DNA of 64,000 nucleotides from an uncultured Acidobacteriota bacterium (GTDB taxonomy: Bacteria; Acidobacteriota; JAQAZP01), in NCBI GenBank assembly GCA_963836075.1, contig CAWIIB010000001.1, positions 192,001-256,000 on the forward strand. Reading direction: 5' to 3'. The notes beneath the pieces were generated by a model. That model saw only the letters and a program-made list of their open reading frames with translations, was not told the DNA's origin and made no database searches. Of this stretch, positions 9,953 to 19,938 are shown in pieces; position 1 is the first letter of the stretch, and each line of letters opens with the position of its first letter. Made by a program: the position numbers and the translations under genes.

Positions 9953-10561
9953 TCAGAAGTAAAAGGTGAGTCCGAGCTGGATCACATAACCGTCGTGGTT
10001 AAAATTTTCGTCACCATAATCGCTGCCGATGACGTCACCCACGTCGATATTGACATCGAGGAACTGGTAACGCACATCCGCGTGGAGGAAACTGCGCTCG
10101 GTCATGTGAATTTCCAGCCCGAACCCGCCGTGGTAGCCAAAATCATCGCTGCTGAAGTCCTGGCTCAGGCTGCCCTCTTCGGAAAGAGTGACGTTGACGG
10201 TAGAACTGTACCAGCTGCCGCCGAAGATCAGGTGGGGGTTGACTCCGCCCCTGCCGAACAGATACCAGATCCCGGACAACTGGAACGGATAGCCATCCAC
10301 CGTGACCTGTCCACCGGCAAATTCATCCTTGCGGTAGTCGGCGGCCAGTTCGGCGCTGAGGTTCCGGGTGATTCGCAGCCGGGCCTGCAAGCCGCCGTGG
10401 ATCGCTCCGTCGTCGGCGTCGTTGGTGTTGTACCAGTTGCCATGAATCCCCAGGCCGAAGAACGGTCCCCGTTCCCCGCCGTACGCCTCGGCGCTGCCCG
10501 CGGCAGTCAGGGCGGCCATCAGGAGGATCATCAGCAGTGCTGCCGGAGTCTTGAACGTCAT
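9953..10561 (-). CDS. Outer membrane beta-barrel protein (small 8-strand type)
   Basis: Signal peptide, alternating beta-strand pattern, C-terminal GLTFYF Bam signal. Confidence 0.8.
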   Translation of the reverse strand: MTFKTPAALLMILLMAALTAAGSAEAYGGERGPFFGLGIHGNWYNTNDADDGAIHGGLQARLRITRNLSAELAADYRKDEFAGGQVTVDGYPFQLSGIWYLFGRGGVNPHLIFGGSWYSSTVNVTLSEEGSLSQDFSSDDFGYHGGFGLEIHMTERSFLHADVRYQFLDVNIDVGDVIGSDYGDENFNHDGYVIQLGLTFYF

Positions 10562-10603
10562 CCAGAATCTCCCGTGTTGAGGTGCCGGTTTCCCTGTTTG
10601 ATG

Positions 10604-11098
10604 CTAGAAGGGAATATCGTCGTCGCTGAACCCGCCACCGCCAGTTCCACTGCCAGCTCCAGCGCCGCCGCTGCCAGCTGCAGTGCCGCCACCGCCCTGC
10701 CGGCCTCTCCCTCCTCCTCCGGCAGGCCCGCGGTCCTGGTATCCGTCACCACCGCCGCCTTCGCCACGGCCGAGAAAGACCAGGTTGTCCGCCACCACCT
10801 CGGTCATGTAGCGTTTACTGCCCTGCTGGTCCTCCCAGGACCGGGTCTGCAACCGTCCTTCCACGTAGACCTGGCGGCCCTTGCCCAGATACTCGGCGCA
10901 GATCTCGGCCAGCCGGCCGAAGACCACCACCCGGTGCCACTCTGTTCGCTCCTGCTTGTTGCCGTCCCGATCGTTCCAGCTCTCGTTGGTGGCCAGGGTA
11001 AAATTGGTGATTGCCCGTGGTGTCTCGGAGCTGGTGTATTTCTTTTCCGGGTCCCTGCCCAGGTGCCCGATGAGGATGACCTTGTTTACACTGCGCAC
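10604..11098 (-). CDS. ssb: Single-stranded DNA-binding protein
   Basis: [23 protein letters not shown], Gly-rich linker, C-terminal DDDIPF. Confidence 0.97.
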   Translation of the reverse strand: MRSVNKVILIGHLGRDPEKKYTSSETPRAITNFTLATNESWNDRDGNKQERTEWHRVVVFGRLAEICAEYLGKGRQVYVEGRLQTRSWEDQQGSKRYMTEVVADNLVFLGRGEGGGGDGYQDRGPAGGGGRGRQGGGGTAAGSGGAGAGSGTGGGGFSDDDIPF

Positions 11099-11190
11099 GC
11101 CTTTTCCTCCTTGGCCCATGCCGGGGGTAATGTCAGGGCGGCACTGTCCCGCCCAGGGTTTGGATGAATCAGAAATCAGTGCAAATAGTA

Positions 11191-11219
11191 ATGTTAACTG
11201 TGGTCGGGGGGGATGTCAA
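11191..11219 (-). promoter_or_regulatory. sigma70 promoter for ssb
   Basis: TTGACA-N17-TAACAT on the minus strand. Confidence 0.7.
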
Positions 11220-11227
11220 GGATCAGG

Positions 11228-11256
11228 TTTGCGGGCCGGGAAAAGGGGGGTACAAT
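11228..11256 (+). promoter_or_regulatory. sigma70 promoter for dtd
   Basis: TTTGCG-N17-TACAAT, divergent from the ssb promoter. Confidence 0.5.
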
Positions 11257-11295
11257 GGTTCCTGCCGCGGGGCCGGAGTCCATGGAGGTGAGCTG

Positions 11296-11733
11296 ATGAA
11301 AGCGGTGGTCCAGAGGGTGAGCGAAGCCTCGGTGGAGGTTGAAGGCCTGCAGGTGGCCAGAATCGGCCGGGGTCTGCTGGTGCTGCTGGGGGTGGAGAAG
11401 GGGGACGGCGAGGAACAGGCCCGCTGGATCGCTGACAAGCTGGTCAACCTGAGGGTTTTCGCCGATGATCGAGGGAACCTCAACCGCTCGGTCCTTGAGG
11501 TGGGCGGTGCGGTTCTCTCCGTGTCCCAGTTCACGCTGGCCGGTTCGGTGCGCAAGGGACGGCGGCCCAGTTTTGACATGGCCGCATCCGGTGAAGAGGC
11601 CGAACTGCTCTACAAGAGGTTTCTCCATTTTCTGAAAGCCGCCGGCGCGGCGGTGCAGGATGGCCGGTTCGGGGCGCTGATGGCCGTGCGGCTGATCAAT
11701 GACGGTCCGGTGACCTTCATCGTGGAGCGTTAG
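11296..11733 (+). CDS. dtd: D-aminoacyl-tRNA deacylase
   Basis: [20 protein letters not shown] motifs; GGAGG RBS. Confidence 0.97.
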   Translation: MKAVVQRVSEASVEVEGLQVARIGRGLLVLLGVEKGDGEEQARWIADKLVNLRVFADDRGNLNRSVLEVGGAVLSVSQFTLAGSVRKGRRPSFDMAASGEEAELLYKRFLHFLKAAGAAVQDGRFGALMAVRLINDGPVTFIVER

Positions 11734-11961
11734 GCCGGTAGAGTAGAATGGTTGTTTTCACCGCACATACGGTAAAGCTTCGCGCTGCCGGGGACGATAC
11801 GGTGGTGACGGGATATCATTTCTGCCGGTGGGCACGCCGCAACCGTGTTCTGCTGTCCGGTGGCTGCAGCACAGTGGATAGATTCTGAAATGGCTTTGCA
11901 AAAGAATTGCCTGGCCGGCCGGGCACCGGACAGCAGCGGGCCGGCGGTTGACGAGGGGTGC

Positions 11962-13200
11962 ATGGAAAAGCGGTCCGTGGCCCTCACCCGCCTGTCTCAC
12001 GAATTGCGGGCCCCGCTCAACGCCATCATCTCCTTCAGCCAGATTCTGACCGACGGGCTTGCCGGGTCGCTGAACGAGGAACAGTTGCTGCAGGTGGACA
12101 TCATCCGCAAGAGCGGGAACAATCTGCTCCACGTGATCGACAACGTCACCATGTTCGCCCGGACCGGTTTGCGCAATTACAGCGCCACTCCGTCCACTGT
12201 GATGGTGGAGAAGGTAATGGGAAACCTGCGCGCAGCGCTGGCCGACTGCGGTCAGGGTGAGAACGCGGACCTGGAGATCCGCATCGCCGGCGGCGCTCCG
12301 ACCGCCTTCACCACCGACGAGCGGAAACTGCTGCTGGCCCTGGCCAACATGATCCGTTATGCCTACCAGGCTGGTGGGGCGTCCACCGTGACCCTGGAGG
12401 TGAGCGGCGTGGCGCCCGGAGCCCTGCCGGTCTTTCTCGGCGATCTCGGTGGCCATGACGTGGGGGACGAGGGTTACCTCAAGCTGCAACTCCGCCACCG
12501 CTGCTCGGAGGCCGAAAGGGTGCGCCTGGCCGACCTCTACCTCGACCTCGACGAACTGGACATCAGCGAGAACGAGCAGTTTCGCGGGATTCACCTGGGA
12601 CTGACGCTGGCCCGCCGGTCCATCGAAATCATCGGCGGCCGGATCTGGTTCGAACAGACAGCTGACGGCGACCTGCTGACCAAGGTGCTGATCCCCTCGC
12701 TGGTCACCTCGTCCCAGGTGGAGCCGGCCGGCTGGTCAGGGATGCAGAGCGCTCACCACGCGGAGGGGATCGTCGATGAGCCGGAAGCCGAGCGCCCCAG
12801 GATGGTGTTGGTAGTGGAAGACAACCCGTTCAACCGCAACTTCATCCGGTTGATCCTGGACCACATGGGTTTTGACATGGTGGAGGCTGAAAACGGGGAA
12901 ATCGGTGTGCGCCGGGCTCTGGAAGTGCAGCCGGATCTGATCCTGATGGACATGATGATGCCGGTGATTGACGGTTTCCAGGCCACCAGGTCTTTAAAAA
13001 ACAACCCCCGGACGGCCGGCATACCGGTGCTGGCGATGACGGCGCTCTCGCTGGAGAAGGACAAACGGAAGGCCCGCGAAGCAGGGTGTGACGATTTCCT
13101 GCTGATGCCGTCATCCAGGGAAGTTCTGGAGGAAAAGTTGCGGTTTTGGGCAGCGAGAGGAATGGGCGGCACCGATGTCCCGGAGGAGGGTGAACGGTGA
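11962..13200 (+). CDS. Hybrid histidine kinase/receiver protein with degenerate HATPase domain
   Basis: H-box SHELRAPLNAI; G1/G2 boxes eroded; C-terminal REC (VEDN...LILMDMMMP). Confidence 0.75.
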   Translation: MEKRSVALTRLSHELRAPLNAIISFSQILTDGLAGSLNEEQLLQVDIIRKSGNNLLHVIDNVTMFARTGLRNYSATPSTVMVEKVMGNLRAALADCGQGENADLEIRIAGGAPTAFTTDERKLLLALANMIRYAYQAGGASTVTLEVSGVAPGALPVFLGDLGGHDVGDEGYLKLQLRHRCSEAERVRLADLYLDLDELDISENEQFRGIHLGLTLARRSIEIIGGRIWFEQTADGDLLTKVLIPSLVTSSQVEPAGWSGMQSAHHAEGIVDEPEAERPRMVLVVEDNPFNRNFIRLILDHMGFDMVEAENGEIGVRRALEVQPDLILMDMMMPVIDGFQATRSLKNNPRTAGIPVLAMTALSLEKDKRKAREAGCDDFLLMPSSREVLEEKLRFWAARGMGGTDVPEEGER

Positions 13201-14156
13201 AGGGGAAAATACTGGTCATCGACGATCTGACCTATGATGTCAAGGCTCTGAAGATGATCCTTGAGCATTCCGGTTATACCGTGATCAGTGCCGGCACGGG
13301 GGCGGAAGGCATGGAAAAGGCCATCTCGGAAGGTCCGGACGGCATTCTGCTCGATATCCAGCTTCCCGACACGGACGGGTTTGAAATATGCCGCTGCCTC
13401 AAGGAAGATCCGCGCACCGTCGTGATTCCCATTGTTTTCCTCACCGCGCACTACCAGGATGAGGCCAGCCTGATCCGGGGGTTGAACCTCGGGGCCAACG
13501 ATTACATCTGCAAGCCGTTCAATTCAGCCGAGCTGCTGGCCCGGGTTGGAGTGATGGTCCGCATCCGGCGGGCCGAAGAGAGCCTGCTCAAGCTCTCGTT
13601 GACCGACGAGCTCACCGGTATGGGCAACCGCCGGTTTCTCCTCTCCCGACTGGAGGAGGAATACGAGCGGAGCCGGCGCAACGGCAGCTTCTTTGCCTGC
13701 CTGATGATCGACATCGACCACTTCAAGCGGTTCAACGACACCTACGGTCACCAGGTGGGCGACCGGGTACTCAAGGAAATGGCGTCTCTGCTCAGGGAGC
13801 AAACCCGGAAGTGCGACGTTCTGGGGCGTTACGGCGGTGAGGAGTTCCTGGTGGTTCTGGCGGTGAAGTGGCCCTCGGAGTCTATCTGGGTTGCCGAACG
13901 GATCCGTCTGGCCGTGGAAAAGCTCCTTGTGATCAGGGATGCCACATCGGATGAACCGCTCAGTCTGCAGGTTAGCGTCGGCGTGTCTCGCTGCCTGCCT
14001 TCGGAGGCCGGGGCACCGGGTTGTCAGGCGATGATCCGGCAGGCCGACAAGGCCCTCTATGAAGCCAAACGTCTGGGACGAAACCGGGTCTGCCACTGGG
14101 ATCCGGATACCGACAGTGCCGTTCAGGTGGAACGGGTCGAGAAGACATCCGGCTGA
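13197..14156 (+). CDS. Response regulator diguanylate cyclase (REC-GGDEF)
   Basis: REC ILLDIQLP; TDELTG, DIDHFKRFND, RKCD I-site, GGEEF. Confidence 0.93.
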   Translation: MKGKILVIDDLTYDVKALKMILEHSGYTVISAGTGAEGMEKAISEGPDGILLDIQLPDTDGFEICRCLKEDPRTVVIPIVFLTAHYQDEASLIRGLNLGANDYICKPFNSAELLARVGVMVRIRRAEESLLKLSLTDELTGMGNRRFLLSRLEEEYERSRRNGSFFACLMIDIDHFKRFNDTYGHQVGDRVLKEMASLLREQTRKCDVLGRYGGEEFLVVLAVKWPSESIWVAERIRLAVEKLLVIRDATSDEPLSLQVSVGVSRCLPSEAGAPGCQAMIRQADKALYEAKRLGRNRVCHWDPDTDSAVQVERVEKTSG

Positions 14157-14174
14157 ACCACCGGGGCCGCCACA

Positions 14175-15104
14175 ATGGCCAGCCTTCCCCACAATACGGA
14201 AAACCACCAGGCCCGGCTCCTGGCGGTGGATGAATTCCTCGACTACCTCTCCGGAGTGCGGGGCGTGTCGTCCAACACTCGCGAGGCTTACGGACGGGAC
14301 CTCGGCCGCTGGTTCGTCTGGCTCGGCGAGCAGGGTCTCGACCCTCGTGACTGTTCCATGGCCGACCTGCTGCAGTTCGTGGGGCAGGAGCGCGAGCGGG
14401 GTCTCTCCGGACGTTCGGTGGCCCGGCTGCTGTCGGTCTTGCGCACCTACTACGGCTACCTGCTGCTGGAGCGGGGGGCGCAGAGCGATCCCACCAGGGA
14501 CCTCGATTCTCCCCGCATCCGCCGTCGCTTGCCGGTTTACCTTTCGCTGGAAGAAGTGGAGCAGTTGTTGCGGCAGCCGGACACCTCCACGCCCCGGGGC
14601 CTGAAGGACCGGACAATCCTCGAACTGTTCTACGCCGCCGGCCTGCGGGTCTCGGAATTGACCGGCCTGCGGGTGCGCGACCTGGACCACCGGGGACGGA
14701 TGATCACCGTCAGGGGCAAGGGCGGCAAGGAGAGACTGCTACCGGTGGGCAGCGCGGCATGGAAGTGGATTCGCCGCTACCTGGAGGAAGGGGGACGGGG
14801 GGCGCTGCTGGGAAGCCGTCATTCCGACAACCTGTTTGTTTCTGCCCGTGGCACGGGCCTGAGCCGCCAGGGGGTCTGGAAGATGGTGGCCGCCCAGGGC
14901 CGCAAGGCGGGCCTGGGAAAGCGGGTGGGCCCGCACATGCTGCGCCACTCCTTTGCCACGCATCTGCTGGAACGGGGGGCGGATCTGCATACGGTCCAAC
15001 TGCTGCTGGGGCACAGCGATATCGCCACCACACAGATTTACACCCACGTCAGCCGGGAACGGTTGCGCAGCGTCTATGACCGCTACCACCCCCGGGCGAG
15101 GTGA
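14175..15104 (+). CDS. xerD: Site-specific tyrosine recombinase XerD
   Basis: GLRVSEL, GKGGKER, PHMLRHSFATHLL, LLGHSDIATTQIYTHV...YHPRA. Confidence 0.92.
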   Translation: MASLPHNTENHQARLLAVDEFLDYLSGVRGVSSNTREAYGRDLGRWFVWLGEQGLDPRDCSMADLLQFVGQERERGLSGRSVARLLSVLRTYYGYLLLERGAQSDPTRDLDSPRIRRRLPVYLSLEEVEQLLRQPDTSTPRGLKDRTILELFYAAGLRVSELTGLRVRDLDHRGRMITVRGKGGKERLLPVGSAAWKWIRRYLEEGGRGALLGSRHSDNLFVSARGTGLSRQGVWKMVAAQGRKAGLGKRVGPHMLRHSFATHLLERGADLHTVQLLLGHSDIATTQIYTHVSRERLRSVYDRYHPRAR

Positions 15105-15107
15105 CCG

Positions 15108-17765
15108 GTGAAGGTGATCACCACCCATCCCGGAGCGGACTTCGACGCCCTGGCGTCCATGGCGGCGGCGTCTTTGCTGCATCCCGATGCCTGCCTGGTC
15201 TTTTCCGGATCCCAGGAACTCCCGGTGCGGCGCTTCCTCGGCTCGGGGATCTACCGGCTGCCCCGGGTTCGCCGGTTGAAAGAGATCGCCCTGGACCAGA
15301 TCAGCCACCTGATCCTGGTGGACACCAGGCAACGGGACCGTGTTGGGCCGTTTGCCGGCCTGTTCGAGGGGGGGCCGGGCCGGAAACGGCCGATCCTGGA
15401 GATCTACGACCACCACCCCCCCAGCGGGGACGACCTGGCCGGCGACCCGGAATCGGTGGAGGACCTGGGGGCCACAACCACCTTGCTGGTGGAGTTGATC
15501 CGGCAGCGGAAGATCCACATCCCGCCCCTGGAGGCGACGCTGTTCCTCCTCGGCATCTACCAGGACACCGGCAGGCTCTCCTCGCCCAACACCACCGAAC
15601 GCGACCTGTTGGCCGCGGCCCACCTTCTGGGTCGGGGCGCCGACCTGCAACTGCTCAACCGGTTCCTGATGCCCGAATTCTCCTCAGGGCACATCGAACT
15701 GCTCAACGACCTGATCCAGGCCGCCGAGGTCCACGAAACCGGCGGCCTGCCGGTGGTGGTCTCGGCGGTCTACAAGGACCGCTACATCGGAGAACTGGCC
15801 CTGGTGGTCCACCGTTTCGTGGAACTGGAGCAGCTCACCGCCTGTTTCGCCCTGGTGATGATGGAAGAGCGCCTGTTTATCGTGGGCCGCAGCCTCTCCG
15901 AGGCCCTGGACGTTGGAGAGGTGATTCAGCATTTCGGCGGCGGCGGCCATGCCAGCGCGGCGGCCGCCTCGGTGAAGGGCTCCACCCTGGTGGAGGCACG
16001 GGAAAAGCTGATCCGTCTCCTGCCCGGCAGCGTCCGTCCGGTGAATACCGCGGCCCGGATCATGAACCCCACGGTCCAGCGGGTGTCCAGCCGTCAACCG
16101 GTGGCCGAGGTGAAGGAGATGATGCGGCGCTGGCGGGTCAACGCCCTCCCGGTGGGCACCGGGAAGCGGGTCATCGGTTCGGTAACCCGTCAGGCGGTGG
16201 ACGGGGCGCTGACCCACGGTCTGGGAGACCGTCCGCTGCGGGAGATCATGGGGCCGGCCCCGCCGGTGCTGGCGCCGGAGATGGGGCTGGAGGCCGTGCA
16301 CCGGGAAATGGTACGCCGCAACTGCCGGTTTGTCCTCGTGGGACAATCGCTGGAGGCCGTGGAGGGGATCATCACCCGGATGGATCTCTTCCGTCACGCC
16401 TACCGGGTGGAGGATGACGGCGACGCGTCGTGGCCGGCGGCGGGGGAGCGCCCCCGCTCGCCCACCCGGGAGGATTTACGGGGCATGCTGGGCAAGCGGC
16501 TCAGCCAGGAACGGCTGCAGCGGCTGAAGGATCTGGGTGCCCTGGGAGGGGAGATGGGCTTCCAGGTCTACCTGGTGGGCGGTTTTGTCCGCGACCTGCT
16601 GCTGGGACAGGAAACTACGGACCTGGACCTGGTGGTGGAGGGTGACGGCCTGCGGTTCTCCAGGCGGGCTGCAGGCCGGCTGGGTGCCGGGCTGCGCACC
16701 CACCGGGCCTTTGGCACGGCCACCCTGCGGCTGGAGGACGGCACCAAGATAGACGTGGCCACGGCCCGCACCGAGCACTATCCCGGGCCGGGCTCGCTTC
16801 CCGAAGTGGAACGGGCTCTCCTCAGGCGCGATCTCTACCGGAGGGATTTCACCATCAATTCGCTGGCCGTGGGAATCTGCGGAGAACGGTTCGGGCAGCT
16901 GGTGGACTATTTCAGCGGCTTGCGGGACCTGCGACGGGGGGTGATCCGGGTGATCCACAGCCTCAGTTTCATCGAGGACCCCACCAGGGCCATCCGGGCG
17001 GCGAGGTTCAGCGGCCGCTACGACTTCACCATCGGGCCGGTGACCAGCCAGATGATCGGCATCGCCTTGCGCAACAAAGTGTTCCAGCAGGTGAGCGGCG
17101 GCCGGTTGCTGGGGGAACTGGTCCATCTCTCGGCTGAAGAGCAGGCCCCCCGCTGCTTTGAAAGGATGGCCGAGTTCGGTCTGATACGGGCCACGGTGCA
17201 CCAGGATATCGCCTACGGCAAGCCGCTGCGCGACTTGCTGGCCCGGGTTGCGGGCGTGCTCAACTGGCACCGGCTGCTCTTCACGCCCCAGACCCCGCGG
17301 CGCTGGCTGGTGTTCATGATGGCCCTCTGTTTCCGCCTCGACCGGGAAGCACGGGTGTCCGTCTGCCGGCGCTTCGGGTTGTCCGGCAAGGAGCGGCAGG
17401 CGCTGCTGGAGTACAAGGTTGCCTGCAGCAGGATTGCGGAGCGCCTGGCAGCGGGAAGCTCGGCCACAGACCTTCGGCCCAGCGCCATCTGGCTGCTGCT
17501 GGAGGGCGTGGATCTGGAGACGATCCTCTTCTGCCAGGCGGTGACCCGTTCCGACCGCGTGCGGATGGCCATATCCCGGCACCTCACCGGTGGCGCTGGG
17601 GCCGGGCTCTCCATCTCCGGCAGGGACCTCAAAGTCCTGGGCATCGCCCCCGGTCCCCTGTTCGGCGAAATTCTCCGTGCGGTGAAGCTGGAAAAGATGG
17701 ACGGCCGGCTGAAGGACCGTAATTCAGAGCTGGACTGGGTCCGGCGTCACTACCTGGTGGACTGA
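15108..17765 (+). CDS. DHH-DHHA1-CBS-containing tRNA nucleotidyltransferase (CCA- or A-adding)
   Basis: ADFDA, YDHH, GGGGHASAAA, CBS pair, VGGFVRD...DLD, RRDFTIN, EDPTRAIR. Confidence 0.9.
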   Translation: MKVITTHPGADFDALASMAAASLLHPDACLVFSGSQELPVRRFLGSGIYRLPRVRRLKEIALDQISHLILVDTRQRDRVGPFAGLFEGGPGRKRPILEIYDHHPPSGDDLAGDPESVEDLGATTTLLVELIRQRKIHIPPLEATLFLLGIYQDTGRLSSPNTTERDLLAAAHLLGRGADLQLLNRFLMPEFSSGHIELLNDLIQAAEVHETGGLPVVVSAVYKDRYIGELALVVHRFVELEQLTACFALVMMEERLFIVGRSLSEALDVGEVIQHFGGGGHASAAAASVKGSTLVEAREKLIRLLPGSVRPVNTAARIMNPTVQRVSSRQPVAEVKEMMRRWRVNALPVGTGKRVIGSVTRQAVDGALTHGLGDRPLREIMGPAPPVLAPEMGLEAVHREMVRRNCRFVLVGQSLEAVEGIITRMDLFRHAYRVEDDGDASWPAAGERPRSPTREDLRGMLGKRLSQERLQRLKDLGALGGEMGFQVYLVGGFVRDLLLGQETTDLDLVVEGDGLRFSRRAAGRLGAGLRTHRAFGTATLRLEDGTKIDVATARTEHYPGPGSLPEVERALLRRDLYRRDFTINSLAVGICGERFGQLVDYFSGLRDLRRGVIRVIHSLSFIEDPTRAIRAARFSGRYDFTIGPVTSQMIGIALRNKVFQQVSGGRLLGELVHLSAEEQAPRCFERMAEFGLIRATVHQDIAYGKPLRDLLARVAGVLNWHRLLFTPQTPRRWLVFMMALCFRLDREARVSVCRRFGLSGKERQALLEYKVACSRIAERLAAGSSATDLRPSAIWLLLEGVDLETILFCQAVTRSDRVRMAISRHLTGGAGAGLSISGRDLKVLGIAPGPLFGEILRAVKLEKMDGRLKDRNSELDWVRRHYLVD

Positions 17766-18035
17766 ACGGAGACCCGCCGGCCGGTCCTCTGTTCCTCTAC
17801 AGATCTTGGTTCCCGCCCACATTGACTTGCTCTCCGCCTTTATGTTAAAAATCCCGGTTTATGTTCCACGTGATAGGCTGACACAGGCAGAAACTGAAGC
17901 AACTGCCCGATTTTCGTTCAGTTCACGACCATGGGACCGGCGACGGCTGCTGCGCCGAGGAACCATCTCATGTTATTGGTATGTGCCCCCCCGGTCCGAC
18001 CCGCGGACGGGGAGCGGCAAGGAGGGTTGACCCAG

Positions 18036-19187
18036 ATGGCAAAGGACAATGTTTACCTGTTTACGTCGGAGTCGGTGACCGAAGGGCACCCGGACAAGAT
18101 CGCCGACCAGATCTCGGATGCGGTCCTTGACGCCGTGATGGAGAAGGACCCCAACGGCCGGGTGGCCTGCGAGACCATGGTCACCACCGGTCTGGCGATG
18201 ATCGCCGGTGAAATCACCACTGAGAGTTATGTCGATTTTCCAAAAGTCGTGCGGGACACCATCCGGGAAGTTGGCTACACCCGGGCCAAGTGGGGTTTCG
18301 ACTACAAGACCTGCGCCGTGATTTCCTCCATCGACGAGCAGTCGGCGGATATCGCCATGGGTGTTGATCCCGGCGGTGCCGGTGACCAGGGGTTGATGTT
18401 CGGTTACGCCTGCCGCGAGACGCGGGAGTTGATGCCGTTGCCGATCATGACCGCCCACAAGCTGGTGCGCCGGCTGACCCAGCTGCGCAAGGAGGGCGAA
18501 CTGGACTACCTGCGTCCGGACGGGAAGTCCCAGGTCACCGTGGAATACCACAACGGCCAGGCCAAGCGGGTGCACACGGTGGTCATCTCAACCCAGCACA
18601 ATGAGGAAGTGAGCATCGACTGCCTGCGCCAGGACGTGATTGAGAACGTGATCAGGCCGGTGATTCCCGAGCAACTCCTCGATTCGAAGACCATCTTCCA
18701 CGTCAACCCCACCGGCCGTTTCGTGGTCGGCGGCCCGCAGGGCGACTGCGGCCTCACCGGACGCAAGATCATCGTCGACACCTATGGCGGTGTGGGCAGT
18801 CACGGCGGCGGCTGTTTCTCGGGCAAGGACTGCACCAAGGTCGACCGCTCGGCATCCTACATGGCCCGCTACATTGCCAAGAACATCGTCGGCAGCGGCG
18901 CGGCGGACAAGGTGGAAGTCCAGCTGGCCTATGCCATCGGCGTGGCCGATCCGGTGTCGATCATGGTCGACACCTTCGGCACATTCAAGGCTGACGAAGA
19001 CGCGATCAAGGCCGCGGTGTGGGATGTCTTCCCGCTGACGCCCAAGGGCATCATCGAGCAGCTGGACCTCCGGCGCCCGATCTACAAGAAAACCGCAGCC
19101 TACGGGCACTTCGGCCGGAGCGAGGACAGCTTCAGCTGGGAGCGCCTGGACAAGGCCGAGGCATTGAAATCAGCGCTGAAACTGTAA
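18036..19187 (+). CDS. metK: Methionine adenosyltransferase
   Basis: [28 protein letters not shown]. Confidence 0.98.
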   Translation: MAKDNVYLFTSESVTEGHPDKIADQISDAVLDAVMEKDPNGRVACETMVTTGLAMIAGEITTESYVDFPKVVRDTIREVGYTRAKWGFDYKTCAVISSIDEQSADIAMGVDPGGAGDQGLMFGYACRETRELMPLPIMTAHKLVRRLTQLRKEGELDYLRPDGKSQVTVEYHNGQAKRVHTVVISTQHNEEVSIDCLRQDVIENVIRPVIPEQLLDSKTIFHVNPTGRFVVGGPQGDCGLTGRKIIVDTYGGVGSHGGGCFSGKDCTKVDRSASYMARYIAKNIVGSGAADKVEVQLAYAIGVADPVSIMVDTFGTFKADEDAIKAAVWDVFPLTPKGIIEQLDLRRPIYKKTAAYGHFGRSEDSFSWERLDKAEALKSALKL

Positions 19188-19215
19188 GTGCCGCACGGGA
19201 CCAGGGTGGCTTTCC

Positions 19216-19247
19216 AAAGGGGCCCCGGCATTGTCGCGGGCCCTTTT
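19216..19247 (+). terminator. Rho-independent terminator-like hairpin after metK
   Basis: AAAGGGGCCC...GGGCCCTTTT. Confidence 0.55.
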
Positions 19248-19263
19248 CATTTCTGGTGAAACC

Positions 19264-19938
19264 ATGGCAGAACAACCGTCATTCAGTTACCCCGTTATCC
19301 TGGACCTCAACGGCAAACCCTGTCTGGTAGTGGGCGGCGGCACAGTGGCGACCAGAAAGGTGGACGGATTGCTGCAGGCCGGAGCAAGGGTCACCGTGGT
19401 TGCGCCCGAAGTTGCACCCCCACTTGCCGAGCTCGCCGGTGACAGCACTATCACCCTTCACCAGCGTGATTTCCATCCTGGAGACCTGGATGGCCAGACC
19501 CTGGTCTTCGGCGCTCTGGACGACCCAGGCGCACGACGGACGCTGGCCGCGGAAGCACGGCAAAGAGGCATCCCGGCCAACCTGGCTGACGATCCGAAGA
19601 ATTGCGATTTCACCATTCCGTCCTCCTTCAGGCGTGGAGACCTGTTGATCACGGTTTCCACCGGCGGCAAGAGCCCGGCCCTCTCCCGCAAGCTGCGCCA
19701 GGTGCTTGAAACCAAGGTGGGCCCCTCATTCGCCATCCAGGTGGAGGCCATGGGCCGGGTCCGCCAGCGTCTCCTCAAAGACCTGCCGGAGCACGAGGAC
19801 CTGCGCCGCGAAATACTGCTCGGCATTGTCGATTCCGACCTGCTCGACGTGCTCCGCAACGGGGACGAGAGGGGCTTCCAGCAACGGGTGGACCAGATGA
19901 TCACCAGGGCAATGGAGCGCGCGAGAAAGCATGAATAA
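19264..19938 (+). CDS. sirC: Precorrin-2 dehydrogenase / sirohydrochlorin ferrochelatase (SirC/Met8/CysG-N)
   Basis: LVVGGGTVATRK, ADDPKNCDF, VSTGGKSPALSR. Confidence 0.9.
   Translation: MAEQPSFSYPVILDLNGKPCLVVGGGTVATRKVDGLLQAGARVTVVAPEVAPPLAELAGDSTITLHQRDFHPGDLDGQTLVFGALDDPGARRTLAAEARQRGIPANLADDPKNCDFTIPSSFRRGDLLITVSTGGKSPALSRKLRQVLETKVGPSFAIQVEAMGRVRQRLLKDLPEHEDLRREILLGIVDSDLLDVLRNGDERGFQQRVDQMITRAMERARKHE

Noticed and set aside
14175-15104. Tyrosine recombinase as island integrase
   Set aside because: Typical housekeeping XerD beside the tRNA nucleotidyltransferase; no att repeats, tRNA or phage genes seen.
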